A DNA stretch of 64,000 bases from assembly GCA_043743165.1 (NCBI GenBank), contig JAYTXA010000012.1:66357-130356 (forward strand), in the 5' to 3' direction. Positions 9,150 through 17,811 of this stretch are shown in pieces (position 1 is the first letter of the stretch; each line of letters begins with the position of its first letter). The notes beneath the pieces are model-generated. The model was not told the origin of the DNA, did no database searches, and saw only the letters and a list, made by a program, of their open reading frames with translations. Origin of the DNA: Acidobacteriota bacterium. Lineage in GTDB: Bacteria; Acidobacteriota; Vicinamibacteria; Vicinamibacterales; CAVVIG01. The position numbers and the translations under genes were made by a program.

Positions 9150-9183
9150 GCCGACACGGTTGAACCGCGTCGGCTTTTTTTTT
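9150..9183 (+). terminator. intrinsic terminator inside the asd 5' leader (attenuator)
   Basis: GCCGACACGG / TTGAA / CCGCGTCGGC (one A.C mismatch) followed by T9, 20 nt before the asd ATG. Confidence 0.65.
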
Positions 9184-9202
9184 GGAGAAACGAAGGCTTC
9201 TT

Positions 9203-10246
9203 ATGGCGTCCATTCCTGTTGGAATCCTTGGCGCGACCGGCATGGTCGGTCAGCAGTTCATCGCGTTGCTCGCGAACCACCCATGGTTCAAGGTCGCGTA
9301 CCTGGGTGCCAGCGAGCGGTCCGCCGGGAAAGCGTTCAAGGACGCCGCCGCCTGGCGCCTGCCGAACCTGCTGCCAGACGACGTCGCCAACCGCATCGTC
9401 GAGAAGGCCGCACCCGGCACGGCACCGAAGCTGGTGTTCTCCGGACTCGATTCGTCGGTCGCCGGCGAGATCGAGGCCGAGTTCGCCAGAGCCGGCCACA
9501 TCGTGGTGAGCAACTCGCGCAACTACCGCATGGTCGACACCGTGCCGCTGCTCATCCCGGAAGTGAATCCCGAACACCTGCAACTGCTCGACCTGCAGGG
9601 CGACGCGCAGGGCTGGAAGGGACGCATCATCACCAACCCGAACTGTTCGACCGTGGCCATCACGATGGCGCTCGCGCCGCTCCGGCAGTTCGGCATCGAG
9701 AAGGCGATGGTCACCACGCTGCAGGCCATCTCGGGCGCCGGCTACCCGGGCGTGCCTTCGTGGGACATCCTCGGCAACATCATCCCGTTCATCTCGGGCG
9801 AAGAAGAAAAGATCGAGACCGAGACGCGGAAGATCCTCGGCACGCTCGGCACCGGCAAGGTGCTCGACCACCCGGTGCGCGTCAGCGCAACGGCTACGCG
9901 CGTGCTCGTGCGCGACGGCCACAGTTGCTCCATCTCGGTGGCGCTCGCACAGAAGCCGACCCCGGAGGCGATGATCGACGCGTGGCGCTCGTTCCGCGGA
10001 CGCCCGCAGGCACTCGACCTGCCGACTGCACCAAAGCATCCCGTCGTCTACCTCGAGGAGGCGAACCGGCCACAGCCGATGCTCGACGCCGGCCGCGAAG
10101 GCGGGATGGCGGTGAGCGTGGGACGCCTGCGTCACTGCTCGCTCTTCGACTACAAGTTCATGGCGCTCGGACACAACACCATTCGCGGCGCGGCTGGCGT
10201 GGCCATCCTCAATGCCGAACTGCTCCAGGCGGAGGGGCGGCTGTGA
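9203..10246 (+). CDS. asd: aspartate-semialdehyde dehydrogenase
   Basis: Track ORF 9182-10246 trimmed to ATG 9203. MASIPVGILGATGMVGQ Rossmann N-terminus, active-site NCST context, and pathway neighbours. Confidence 0.9.
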   Translation: MASIPVGILGATGMVGQQFIALLANHPWFKVAYLGASERSAGKAFKDAAAWRLPNLLPDDVANRIVEKAAPGTAPKLVFSGLDSSVAGEIEAEFARAGHIVVSNSRNYRMVDTVPLLIPEVNPEHLQLLDLQGDAQGWKGRIITNPNCSTVAITMALAPLRQFGIEKAMVTTLQAISGAGYPGVPSWDILGNIIPFISGEEEKIETETRKILGTLGTGKVLDHPVRVSATATRVLVRDGHSCSISVALAQKPTPEAMIDAWRSFRGRPQALDLPTAPKHPVVYLEEANRPQPMLDAGREGGMAVSVGRLRHCSLFDYKFMALGHNTIRGAAGVAILNAELLQAEGRL

Positions 10247-11625
10247 ACGTCATCATGAAGTTCGGCGGCACCTCGGTGCAGGACGCCGACGCGATGAACC
10301 GTGTCATTGCCATCGTTCGCAATCAGTGGGCGGCGAACTCGGCGGCCCGGCCGCCGGTGGTGGTGGTGTCGGCGATGTCGAAGGTGACGGACCGCCTGGT
10401 CGAGACCGGCCGGCTGGCCGGCGACCGGCAGACGAGCCAGGCCACTCAGATCATTGCCGACCTCCTGACGCGTCATCTCGGCGTGGCCGCCACGCTCGTG
10501 CAGGGGCCGGCACTCGATGAACTGAACACGCAGCTCACGTCGGACTTCAACGCGCTGCAGGCCGACGTCAAGACGTGGGCCGAGGCCGGCGAGGTGACGC
10601 CCGCGGCTGGCGACGTGCTGCAGGCCATGGGCGAACTGGCGAGCAGCCGGATTGTGGCCGCCGCCTTTCGCCAGCAGGGCGTGAACGCCGCCTGGGTCGA
10701 CTCGCGCCAGGTGCTGGTGACCGACGCGGAGTTCTCGGCCGCGCTGCCCGACATGGATGCCACCGCCGAACGCGCACAGGCGATTGTGGCCACCAAGACC
10801 GCGACCGGCCAGGTACCGGTGATGGGCGGCTTCATCGGCGCCACCGCCACCGGCATCACGACGACACTCGGTCGCGGCGGCAGCGACTACTCGGCCGCCA
10901 TCTTCGGCGCGTGCCTGGACGTCGACGAGATCCAGATCTGGACCGACGTCGACGGCATGCTCACCGCCGACCCGCGGGTTGTGTCGGTCCCGGTGCTCGT
11001 GCCGGAGCTGTCATTCGACGAAGCGTCGGAGCTGGCGTACTTCGGCGCGAAGGTGCTGCACCCGAGCACCATCCTTCCCGCCGTGGCGAAGAACATCCCG
11101 GTTCGCATCCTCAACTCGAGGCGTCCCGAGGTGAGGGGCACGATGATCACCGCGAAGGGGCGGGGTGATGGCCACACCCTGACGGCGCTGGCCTGCAAGC
11201 GCGACGTGACGGTGATCGACATCACCTCATCGCGCATGCTGATGGCCTTCGGCTTCCTGCGCCGGCTGTTCGAGGTGTTCGAACGCTTCCGGACGCCGGT
11301 CGACGTAGTCACGACGTCCGAGGTGAGCGTGTCGGTCACCGTCGACAACACCCGCCGGCTCGACGACATCATCCGCAACCTGCGCAATTTCGCGGAGGTC
11401 TCGACTGAACCGAGCATGGCCATCGTCTGCATCGTGGGCGAGAACCTGCGGTCGGATCCGGCGCTGTTCGGCCGTGCCGTGAACGCGCTTGCGTCGGTGC
11501 CGCTGCGGCTGGTGTCGCAGGCCGGGTCGCGCCGCAACATCACGTTCGTCATGCGCGACGAGGATGTGGTGTCGGCGATGAACCTGCTGCACGACGAATT
11601 CTTCGGAGTGAAGGTAGGCGCCTGA
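10243..11625 (+). CDS. lysC: aspartate kinase
   Basis: The 821-aa track ORF is upstream read-through. GTG 10243 overlaps the asd stop (GTGA) and gives MNVIMKFGGTSV, the kinase signature. C-terminal ACT-like region. Confidence 0.9.
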   Translation: MNVIMKFGGTSVQDADAMNRVIAIVRNQWAANSAARPPVVVVSAMSKVTDRLVETGRLAGDRQTSQATQIIADLLTRHLGVAATLVQGPALDELNTQLTSDFNALQADVKTWAEAGEVTPAAGDVLQAMGELASSRIVAAAFRQQGVNAAWVDSRQVLVTDAEFSAALPDMDATAERAQAIVATKTATGQVPVMGGFIGATATGITTTLGRGGSDYSAAIFGACLDVDEIQIWTDVDGMLTADPRVVSVPVLVPELSFDEASELAYFGAKVLHPSTILPAVAKNIPVRILNSRRPEVRGTMITAKGRGDGHTLTALACKRDVTVIDITSSRMLMAFGFLRRLFEVFERFRTPVDVVTTSEVSVSVTVDNTRRLDDIIRNLRNFAEVSTEPSMAIVCIVGENLRSDPALFGRAVNALASVPLRLVSQAGSRRNITFVMRDEDVVSAMNLLHDEFFGVKVGA

Positions 11626-12332
11626 TGCGGATTCTGCTGGTTGGCTACGGCAAGATGGGACGGCTCGTCGGCGAACTGGCCCCCGGCTACGACTGCGACG
11701 TGGCTGGTGTCGTCGACCCGCTGTCGAAGGCGCACACCGCCGCGCTCGATGATCCGCGCTGGAAGGGCAACGTCGACGTCGCGATCGACTTCACGATGCC
11801 GGATGCCGTCGTGTCGAACGTGGCCACGCTCGCCGCCCAGGGGATCAACATCGTGCTCGGCACCACCGGATGGGGCACGCACGAGGCGGAGTTGAAGCGG
11901 CTCACCGCCGCCGCCGGCATCGGCATCGTCGCCGCCCCGAACTTCTCGACCGGCGTCGTGCTGTTCGACGCGGTGCTGGCGCGAGCGGCCGAGATGTTCG
12001 CCGGACAGCCGGAATTTGCAGCCTACCTGCACGAGTCGCATCACGCGGCCAAGAAGGATGCGCCGTCTGGCACGGCCCTGAAGCTCAAGCAGACAATGGA
12101 GGCCGCGGGCTACAACCGGCCCATTGATGTGGCCGCTACCAGGGCAGGCTACATTCCCGGCACCCACACGATCGGCTTCGACGGACCCTCGGAATCGATT
12201 ACGCTGACACATACCGCTCGCGACCGCGGCGGCTTCGCTCGCGGCGCGCTCACGGCGGCGAGGTGGGTGAACGGGCGCAGCGGCTGGTTCAGCATGAAGG
12301 ACGTTCTCGGGATTGCGAATCGTTATGACTAG
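11625..12332 (+). CDS. dapB: 4-hydroxy-tetrahydrodipicolinate reductase
   Basis: 235 aa, MRILLVGYGKMG dinucleotide fold and HHxxKxDxPSGTA motif (ESHHAAKKDAPSGTA). TGATG junction with lysC (1-nt overlap). Confidence 0.87.
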   Translation: MRILLVGYGKMGRLVGELAPGYDCDVAGVVDPLSKAHTAALDDPRWKGNVDVAIDFTMPDAVVSNVATLAAQGINIVLGTTGWGTHEAELKRLTAAAGIGIVAAPNFSTGVVLFDAVLARAAEMFAGQPEFAAYLHESHHAAKKDAPSGTALKLKQTMEAAGYNRPIDVAATRAGYIPGTHTIGFDGPSESITLTHTARDRGGFARGALTAARWVNGRSGWFSMKDVLGIANRYD

Positions 12333-13227
12333 ACCATTCACCGGAGTCGGTACCGCGCTCGTCACGCCGTTCACGTCGTCCGGCGAGCTCGATGAGAAGG
12401 CCGTGCGCCGGCTCGGACGCCGCCAGATCGATGCCGGCATCCACTTTCTGGTGCCGTGCGGCACGACGGGCGAGAATCCGACACTGACCGACGCGGAACG
12501 CGTCCGGATGGTCGAGATCCTCGCCGACGAAGCCGCGGGGCAGACGCCAATCCTCGCTGGCGCCGGCGGCTACGACACGAAGGAAGTGATGCACCTGGCC
12601 GGCCTGATGAAGAAGGCTGGCGCCACAGGCCTCCTCTCCGTCACCCCCTACTACAACAAGCCGACACCGGAAGGGCTCTACCTCCACTACAAGGCAGTGG
12701 CCGAGAGCACGGACCTGCCGATCGTGGTCTACAACGTCCCCGGTCGCGCCGGCGTGAACGTCGAGCCGAAGACGCTGGCCCGCATTGCCACGCTGCCGAA
12801 CATCATCGGGGTGAAGGAAGCGTCGGGCAATATCAGCCAGATGGTCGAGATCTGCCAGCTCCTGCCCGAGGATTTCATCGTTCTCTCGGGCGATGATGCG
12901 ATCACGCTGCCGTTGATGGCCATCGGCGGCCGCGGCGTCATCTCGGTGGCCTCGAACGAGATTCCGGCCGAGATGGTGGCGATCGTGACCGCGGCGGCTC
13001 GCGGCGACTTTGCCGCGGCGCGCGCGGTGCACAACCGCATGCTGCCGTTGATGCAGATCAACTTCGTCGAGGCGAACCCGGTGCCGGTGAAGTCGGCGAT
13101 GGCGATGATGGGGCTGCTCGAGGAGGTCTACCGCCTGCCGATGTGTCCGCCGTCGGACGGCGCGAAGGAGAAGATCCTTCGCGTGCTGAACGAGCTGCAG
13201 CTCCTGAAGCCGGCCTACGTCCAGTAG
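12325..13227 (+). CDS. dapA: 4-hydroxy-tetrahydrodipicolinate synthase
   Basis: ATG 12325 gives MTRPFTGVGTALVTPF. GTTGE motif and YNxP (VVYNVPGR). Confidence 0.9.
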   Translation: MTRPFTGVGTALVTPFTSSGELDEKAVRRLGRRQIDAGIHFLVPCGTTGENPTLTDAERVRMVEILADEAAGQTPILAGAGGYDTKEVMHLAGLMKKAGATGLLSVTPYYNKPTPEGLYLHYKAVAESTDLPIVVYNVPGRAGVNVEPKTLARIATLPNIIGVKEASGNISQMVEICQLLPEDFIVLSGDDAITLPLMAIGGRGVISVASNEIPAEMVAIVTAAARGDFAAARAVHNRMLPLMQINFVEANPVPVKSAMAMMGLLEEVYRLPMCPPSDGAKEKILRVLNELQLLKPAYVQ

Positions 13228-13269
13228 CCCGATGCGACCGGCGAGCGACGACACGAAGGAGAGCGGCAC

Positions 13270-14301
13270 GTGGAACCTGGGATGAACGGTACGGTCGATC
13301 TCGTTGGGCTGACGCGCGCGCTGGTCGACATCGACTCGACGACCGGTCGCGAAGGCGCTGCTGCAGCGTTCCTGTCGCGCCGCCTCCAGGAGATTGGCTT
13401 CGTCGTCGACGAGCAGCAGGTCGACGACCACCGCTTCAACGTCTTCGCCACGCCCACCGGCGAGCAGCCCACGGTCGTCTTCTCCACTCACTTCGATTGC
13501 GTGCCGCCGTTCTTTCCGAGCCGGCTCGAGAACGGGCGCATCTATGGACGCGGCTCGTGCGACGCCAAGGGGATCCTAGTCGCGCAGGTGGCGGCCGCGG
13601 ACATCCTGCGGAACGAGGGCGAGACGCGCGTCGGCCTGTTGTTCGTCGTGGGCGAGGAGCGCGGCAGTGAAGGGGCCAAGCGCGCAAACCTCGACCTGCG
13701 CGCCGCCGGCTGTCGATATCTCATCAACGGCGAGCCGACCGATCGGCGCCTCGGCCTGGCGACGCGTGGCATCCAGCGTGTGGTGCTGAAGGCGACGGGA
13801 CGCGCCGCGCACTCGTCCTTCCCCGAATTGGGCGAGTCGGCCATCGACAAGCTGATCGACGTCCTGATGGAGCTGCGGCGGGTCGACTGGCCCGCTGATG
13901 CGCTGCTCGGCAAGACGCACTACAGCGTCGGCCTTATCTCGGGCGGCGTTGCGCCGAACGTCGTGTCACCGATGGCGCAGGCCGAGCTGATGTTCCGCAC
14001 GGTGAGCGATGCTGCGCTCGTGATGGACATCCTGCGTCGCTTCGAGCCGCGCGTCATGATCGAGCCGGTGCTCGAGGTGCCACCGGTGAAGATGGCCACG
14101 GTGGACGGGTTCGACGCCGCCGTGTTCCCGTATACGACCGACGTGCCGTTCCTGCGCAAGTGGGGGCAGCCGCTGCTCTTCGGCCCCGGCTCCATTCACG
14201 TGGCGCACACCTCCGACGAGTTCATGGCCATCGACGAGCAGCAGGCGGCTGTGGCCGACTACGCGGCGCTCGCCCGCGAACTGGTCGCGAGAGCCGGCTA
14301 G
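13270..14301 (+). CDS. M20 family metallopeptidase (ArgE/DapE type; DapE-like by context)
   Basis: 343 aa with THFDCVP and GRGSCDAKG motifs. AAGGAG 8 nt upstream of the GTG. Last gene of the dap cluster. Confidence 0.7.
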   Translation: MEPGMNGTVDLVGLTRALVDIDSTTGREGAAAAFLSRRLQEIGFVVDEQQVDDHRFNVFATPTGEQPTVVFSTHFDCVPPFFPSRLENGRIYGRGSCDAKGILVAQVAAADILRNEGETRVGLLFVVGEERGSEGAKRANLDLRAAGCRYLINGEPTDRRLGLATRGIQRVVLKATGRAAHSSFPELGESAIDKLIDVLMELRRVDWPADALLGKTHYSVGLISGGVAPNVVSPMAQAELMFRTVSDAALVMDILRRFEPRVMIEPVLEVPPVKMATVDGFDAAVFPYTTDVPFLRKWGQPLLFGPGSIHVAHTSDEFMAIDEQQAAVADYAALARELVARAG

Positions 14302-14310
14302 GCCGGACGC

Positions 14311-16101
14311 GTGACCCGTTCCGACCCCCAAGCGGCCTATACCGAGCGCATCGCGCGCCTCGACGTTCGCCTCGCTGCAGGTGAACGCCAGCATCAGCGC
14401 ATCTCGAACCTGCGTCTGGCCCTGTTCGCCACCGGCGCCGCCGTCGCCTGGGCCGCCTTCATCCGCACGTGGCTCAGCCCGGCGTGGTTGCTGCTGCCCG
14501 CCACGGCGTTCCTGGCGCTGCTGGTGGCCCACGCGCGCGTGTTGAACCGCAACGAGCGGCTGCGGCGGGCGCGTCGCTACTACGAGCGCGGGCTGTCGCG
14601 GCTCGACGGCACGTGGTCCGGCACCGGACCTGACGGCGCCCGCTTCCTCGGCGAACACCGCTACGCGCGCGACCTCGATGTGTTCGGACGGGGCTCGCTG
14701 TTCCAGCTGATCGACACCGCCCGCACCGAGGCGGGCGAAGAGACGCTGGCCGACTGGCTGCGCGTGCCCGCCGGTGTCGAGGAGGTGCTGGCGAGGCAGG
14801 CGGCAGTGGCTGAACTACGCGAGCGGATCGACTTTCGCGAAACGCTCAACGTCCTCGCGGCCGAGGCGCACGTCTCGCGCACCGGCGTGCTGACGTCGTG
14901 GGCCGCCGCAACCCCGGTCGGATTCGGCGCGACCGAGGCCCGGCTCTTCGCGGTGTGTGCCGTGGTCACCGGACTCCTGGTGGCGGCGATGTCGGCCGGG
15001 TGGGTGTCGAGCATCGCGGTGGTGCTCTGGCTGGTTGTGCCAGGCGGCGTGGCACTGGCGCATCGCGTCCGCGTGTGGCAGGTGATTCGCCGCGTCGACG
15101 CGGCGGCAGACGACCTCTCGCTCCTCGAAGCGCTGCTGTCCAGGCTCGAGCAGGAAGCCTTCACTGCGCCGAAGCTCACGGCACTGCATGGCCGCCTCGA
15201 TGCCGCCGCGGTCATCCGGCCATCGGCTCGCATCGCGCAGTTGCGCCGCTACATCGCCGCGCGCGATGCGCTGCGCAACGAGTTCGTCCGGCCTTTCGGT
15301 CTCCTGCTCCTCGTGCGCAGCCAGGCCGCCGTAGCCATCGACCGCTGGCACGCGGCGCACCGCCGCTCACTTGCCGCGTGGCTGACCGCAGTCGGCGAAT
15401 TCGAGGCGCTCGCATCGCTGGCCACCTACGCGTTCGAGCACCCACGCGATCCGTTCCCGTCCATCGAACCCGAAGGGCCGTGCTTCACGGCGACTGCCCT
15501 CGCGCACCCGTTGATCGCGGGAGGCGCCGCAGTGGCGAACAGCCTGTCGCTCGGCGGCAGCGCCCCGAAGGTACTCGTGATCAGCGGGTCGAACATGTCC
15601 GGCAAGAGCACGCTGCTGCGGGCGGTCGGCGCGAACACGGTGCTGGCGCTGGCCGGCGCCCCGGTTCGCGCGGAGCGACTGGCGCTGTCGCCGATGGCAA
15701 TCGGAGCCACGATCCGTGTCGAAGACTCGCTGCAGGAAGGCCACTCGCGCTTCTACGCCGAGATCCTGCGCATTCGCGACATCGTGGCGCTCACCGAGGG
15801 GAACGCGCCCGTGCTCTTCCTGCTCGATGAGATTCTCCACGGGACGAACTCGCACGACCGCCGCATCGGCGCGGAAGCGGTGGTGCGTGCGCTGCTCGAC
15901 GCCGGCGCCATCGGCCTTGTGACGACTCACGATCTGGCCCTGACGGCGCTGGCCACCAGCCTGGAACCGCTCGCGAAGAACGTGCACTTCGAGGACCGCA
16001 TCGAGCAGGGGCGGATGGTGTTCGACTACACCATGCGCGACGGCGTGGTGGAGCGCAGCAACGCCCTGGAATTGATGCGCGCGGTCGGGCTGAAGGTCTG
16101 A
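14311..16101 (+). CDS. MutS-related ATPase (domain V only) with membrane-spanning N-terminal half
   Basis: 596 aa. Walker A GSNMSGKSTLLR, LLDEILHGTNSHDR, TTHD. Four hydrophobic helices in the first ~250 aa. No mismatch-binding domain. Confidence 0.8.
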   Translation: MTRSDPQAAYTERIARLDVRLAAGERQHQRISNLRLALFATGAAVAWAAFIRTWLSPAWLLLPATAFLALLVAHARVLNRNERLRRARRYYERGLSRLDGTWSGTGPDGARFLGEHRYARDLDVFGRGSLFQLIDTARTEAGEETLADWLRVPAGVEEVLARQAAVAELRERIDFRETLNVLAAEAHVSRTGVLTSWAAATPVGFGATEARLFAVCAVVTGLLVAAMSAGWVSSIAVVLWLVVPGGVALAHRVRVWQVIRRVDAAADDLSLLEALLSRLEQEAFTAPKLTALHGRLDAAAVIRPSARIAQLRRYIAARDALRNEFVRPFGLLLLVRSQAAVAIDRWHAAHRRSLAAWLTAVGEFEALASLATYAFEHPRDPFPSIEPEGPCFTATALAHPLIAGGAAVANSLSLGGSAPKVLVISGSNMSGKSTLLRAVGANTVLALAGAPVRAERLALSPMAIGATIRVEDSLQEGHSRFYAEILRIRDIVALTEGNAPVLFLLDEILHGTNSHDRRIGAEAVVRALLDAGAIGLVTTHDLALTALATSLEPLAKNVHFEDRIEQGRMVFDYTMRDGVVERSNALELMRAVGLKV

Positions 16102-16131
16102 GCGGTTCGTTCCTTGCAGCCGTGAGGGGCC

Positions 16132-16281
16132 ATGCAGGAACAACCTCCGCAGCCAAGCGACCCGCGTCCCCCGGACGTCATCGATCCGCTCCCGCCGGAC
16201 ATCGGCACGATTCCGCCGCCGAGCATTCCCCAACAGCCAGGGCTGCCTAACAACCCTGCTGTGCCGGAACCCGCCGGCTGA
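16132..16281 (+). CDS. possible small proline-rich protein (49 aa)
   Basis: ATG preceded by GAGGGG. Encodes MQEQPPQPSDPRPPDVIDPLPPDIGTIPPPSIPQQPGLPNNPAVPEPAG. Fills the convergent gap. Weak evidence. Confidence 0.25.
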   Translation: MQEQPPQPSDPRPPDVIDPLPPDIGTIPPPSIPQQPGLPNNPAVPEPAG

Positions 16282-16297
16282 GGCGTGTGGCGTCGAG

Positions 16298-17650
16298 CTA
16301 TCGCCCTAACGCCATTTCCACGCCTCGTGCGGTGCTGAGCAGTGCGTCTGTATGCCCGAGCAGACCGGCGAGCTGCAGGCCGCACGGCAGGCCTGACGAC
16401 GACGTGCCGCAGGGCATAGTGATGGCCGGGTGACCGGTGAGGTTGAACAGCTGCGTCAGCCGAAGCATCACAGTGCGCACTGGCTCCTGCGTCGAGCCGA
16501 CCTGAACCGTGACTGCGCCGATCGGCGGCGCCACAATCGGCAGGGTCGGCAGCAGCAGCGCGTGGTGCCCGTGCAGCGCTGTGTCTACCTGACGCCTGAG
16601 TAGACGTCTGGCGTCCAGCGCGCGGACATAGTCTTCCGCAAGGACGTATCGCGCCATCTCGAGCCGCATGCGCACGTTCGGTGTGTACTTCTCGGGCATC
16701 ACGTCCAGCGTATCGGCGTGATACGCAGCCGCGTCGCCAAACACAATGTGCAGGTAGGCGGGTGCGATGAGTGACGCGTCGGCGATGTCGACGTCGACGA
16801 TCGTGGCTCCTTGTTGTCGGAGCGTGTCGACCGCAGAATCGAACGCTCGCCGCACATCGTCGTCCAGCAGGTCGCAGAAATAGCGCCGCGGCACAGCCAG
16901 GCGCAGCTCGCTGGCCTCGGCGGCAGGGAGTGGCGTCCGCGCGGTCTTCCCACGCAGCGCATGCAGGAGGTGCCAGGCGTCGGTGACCGTTGCTGCGAGC
17001 GGACCAACATGATCGACGGTGCGCGACAGCGGCACCGCGCCGCTCGTCGGCAACTCGTCGTAGCCGGGCTTCAGGCCGACGATGCCGCAGGCAGCGGCGG
17101 GGATACGAATGGAACCGCCGGTGTCGCTGCCGAGGGCGCCGAGTGCCATACCGGTGGCGACGCTGATTGCCGAACCTCCGCTGGAGCCGCCTGGGGAGCG
17201 GGTGTCATCGAGCGGATGGTGGGCGGCACCGAAGGCCGAGTCCTCGTTGGTCGTGCCGAGGGCGAACTCGTGCAGGTTGGTCTTGCCGATGATCACCGCG
17301 CCGGCGCGTCGCAGCTGGGCCACGACCTCGGCGTCTTCACCAGCCACGAGTTCGTCGCGCACGCGCGAGCCGGCGGTCGTGACCGTTCCCTTGACGTCGA
17401 ACAGATCCTTCACCGAGATCGGCACGCCGTGCAGCGGGCCACGGTCGATGCCGTTGGCCAGTTCGAAGTCGCACCGCTTCGCCGCGGCGCGGGCCTCGTC
17501 GGCCATGACGAGGATGAACGCGTTCAGGCGCGCATTGTCGGCCGCGATGCGGCTGAGGCAGTCGGTCACAAGCTCAGCGGCGCTGACCTCGCGAGCGCGC
17601 AGCCGGCGCGCAGCCATGTCAATGCTGAGCAGGGCCATGCGCCTCTCCAC
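16298..17650 (-). CDS. amidase-signature family enzyme (GatA-like amidase)
   Basis: 450 aa with the GGSSGGSA signature and the conserved Lys/Ser-cisSer context. Start is GTG 17650 or ATG 17638. Confidence 0.85.
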   Translation of the reverse strand: MERRMALLSIDMAARRLRAREVSAAELVTDCLSRIAADNARLNAFILVMADEARAAAKRCDFELANGIDRGPLHGVPISVKDLFDVKGTVTTAGSRVRDELVAGEDAEVVAQLRRAGAVIIGKTNLHEFALGTTNEDSAFGAAHHPLDDTRSPGGSSGGSAISVATGMALGALGSDTGGSIRIPAAACGIVGLKPGYDELPTSGAVPLSRTVDHVGPLAATVTDAWHLLHALRGKTARTPLPAAEASELRLAVPRRYFCDLLDDDVRRAFDSAVDTLRQQGATIVDVDIADASLIAPAYLHIVFGDAAAYHADTLDVMPEKYTPNVRMRLEMARYVLAEDYVRALDARRLLRRQVDTALHGHHALLLPTLPIVAPPIGAVTVQVGSTQEPVRTVMLRLTQLFNLTGHPAITMPCGTSSSGLPCGLQLAGLLGHTDALLSTARGVEMALGR

Positions 17651-17774
17651 CTGGCTGCACCGTGCGCAGCACCGTCGTCGCCTGTGCCAGCCCCTCGAGC
17701 AGCGGCTTCAACTCGGGCAGGCCACGCCGTTCGGCGTCCTCGACGGCGGCCTTCAACCAGCGCTCAATCGTCAT
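17619..17774 (-). CDS. unannotated 51-aa protein translationally coupled to the amidase
   Basis: ATG 17774 preceded by GAGGTG with a 6-nt spacer. Encodes MTIERWLKAAVEDAERRGLPELKPLLEGLAQATTVLRTVQPGGEAHGPAQH. Its stop overlaps the amidase start region. Below the 60-aa track cutoff. Confidence 0.5.
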   Translation of the reverse strand: MTIERWLKAAVEDAERRGLPELKPLLEGLAQATTVLRTVQPGGEAHGPAQH

Positions 17775-17811
17775 AGCAACCACCTCATGATCAACGACCA
17801 GCGACCAACGA

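Noticed and set aside
9160-11625. 821-aa ORF spanning asd and lysC. The same effect is seen at 49789-51600 (603 aa) and 41222-41923 (233 aa).
   Set aside because: The upstream parts are alternative-frame translations of the neighbouring gene. The recognisable protein starts at 10243 (lysC), 50614 (heptosyltransferase) and 41638 (secG) respectively.
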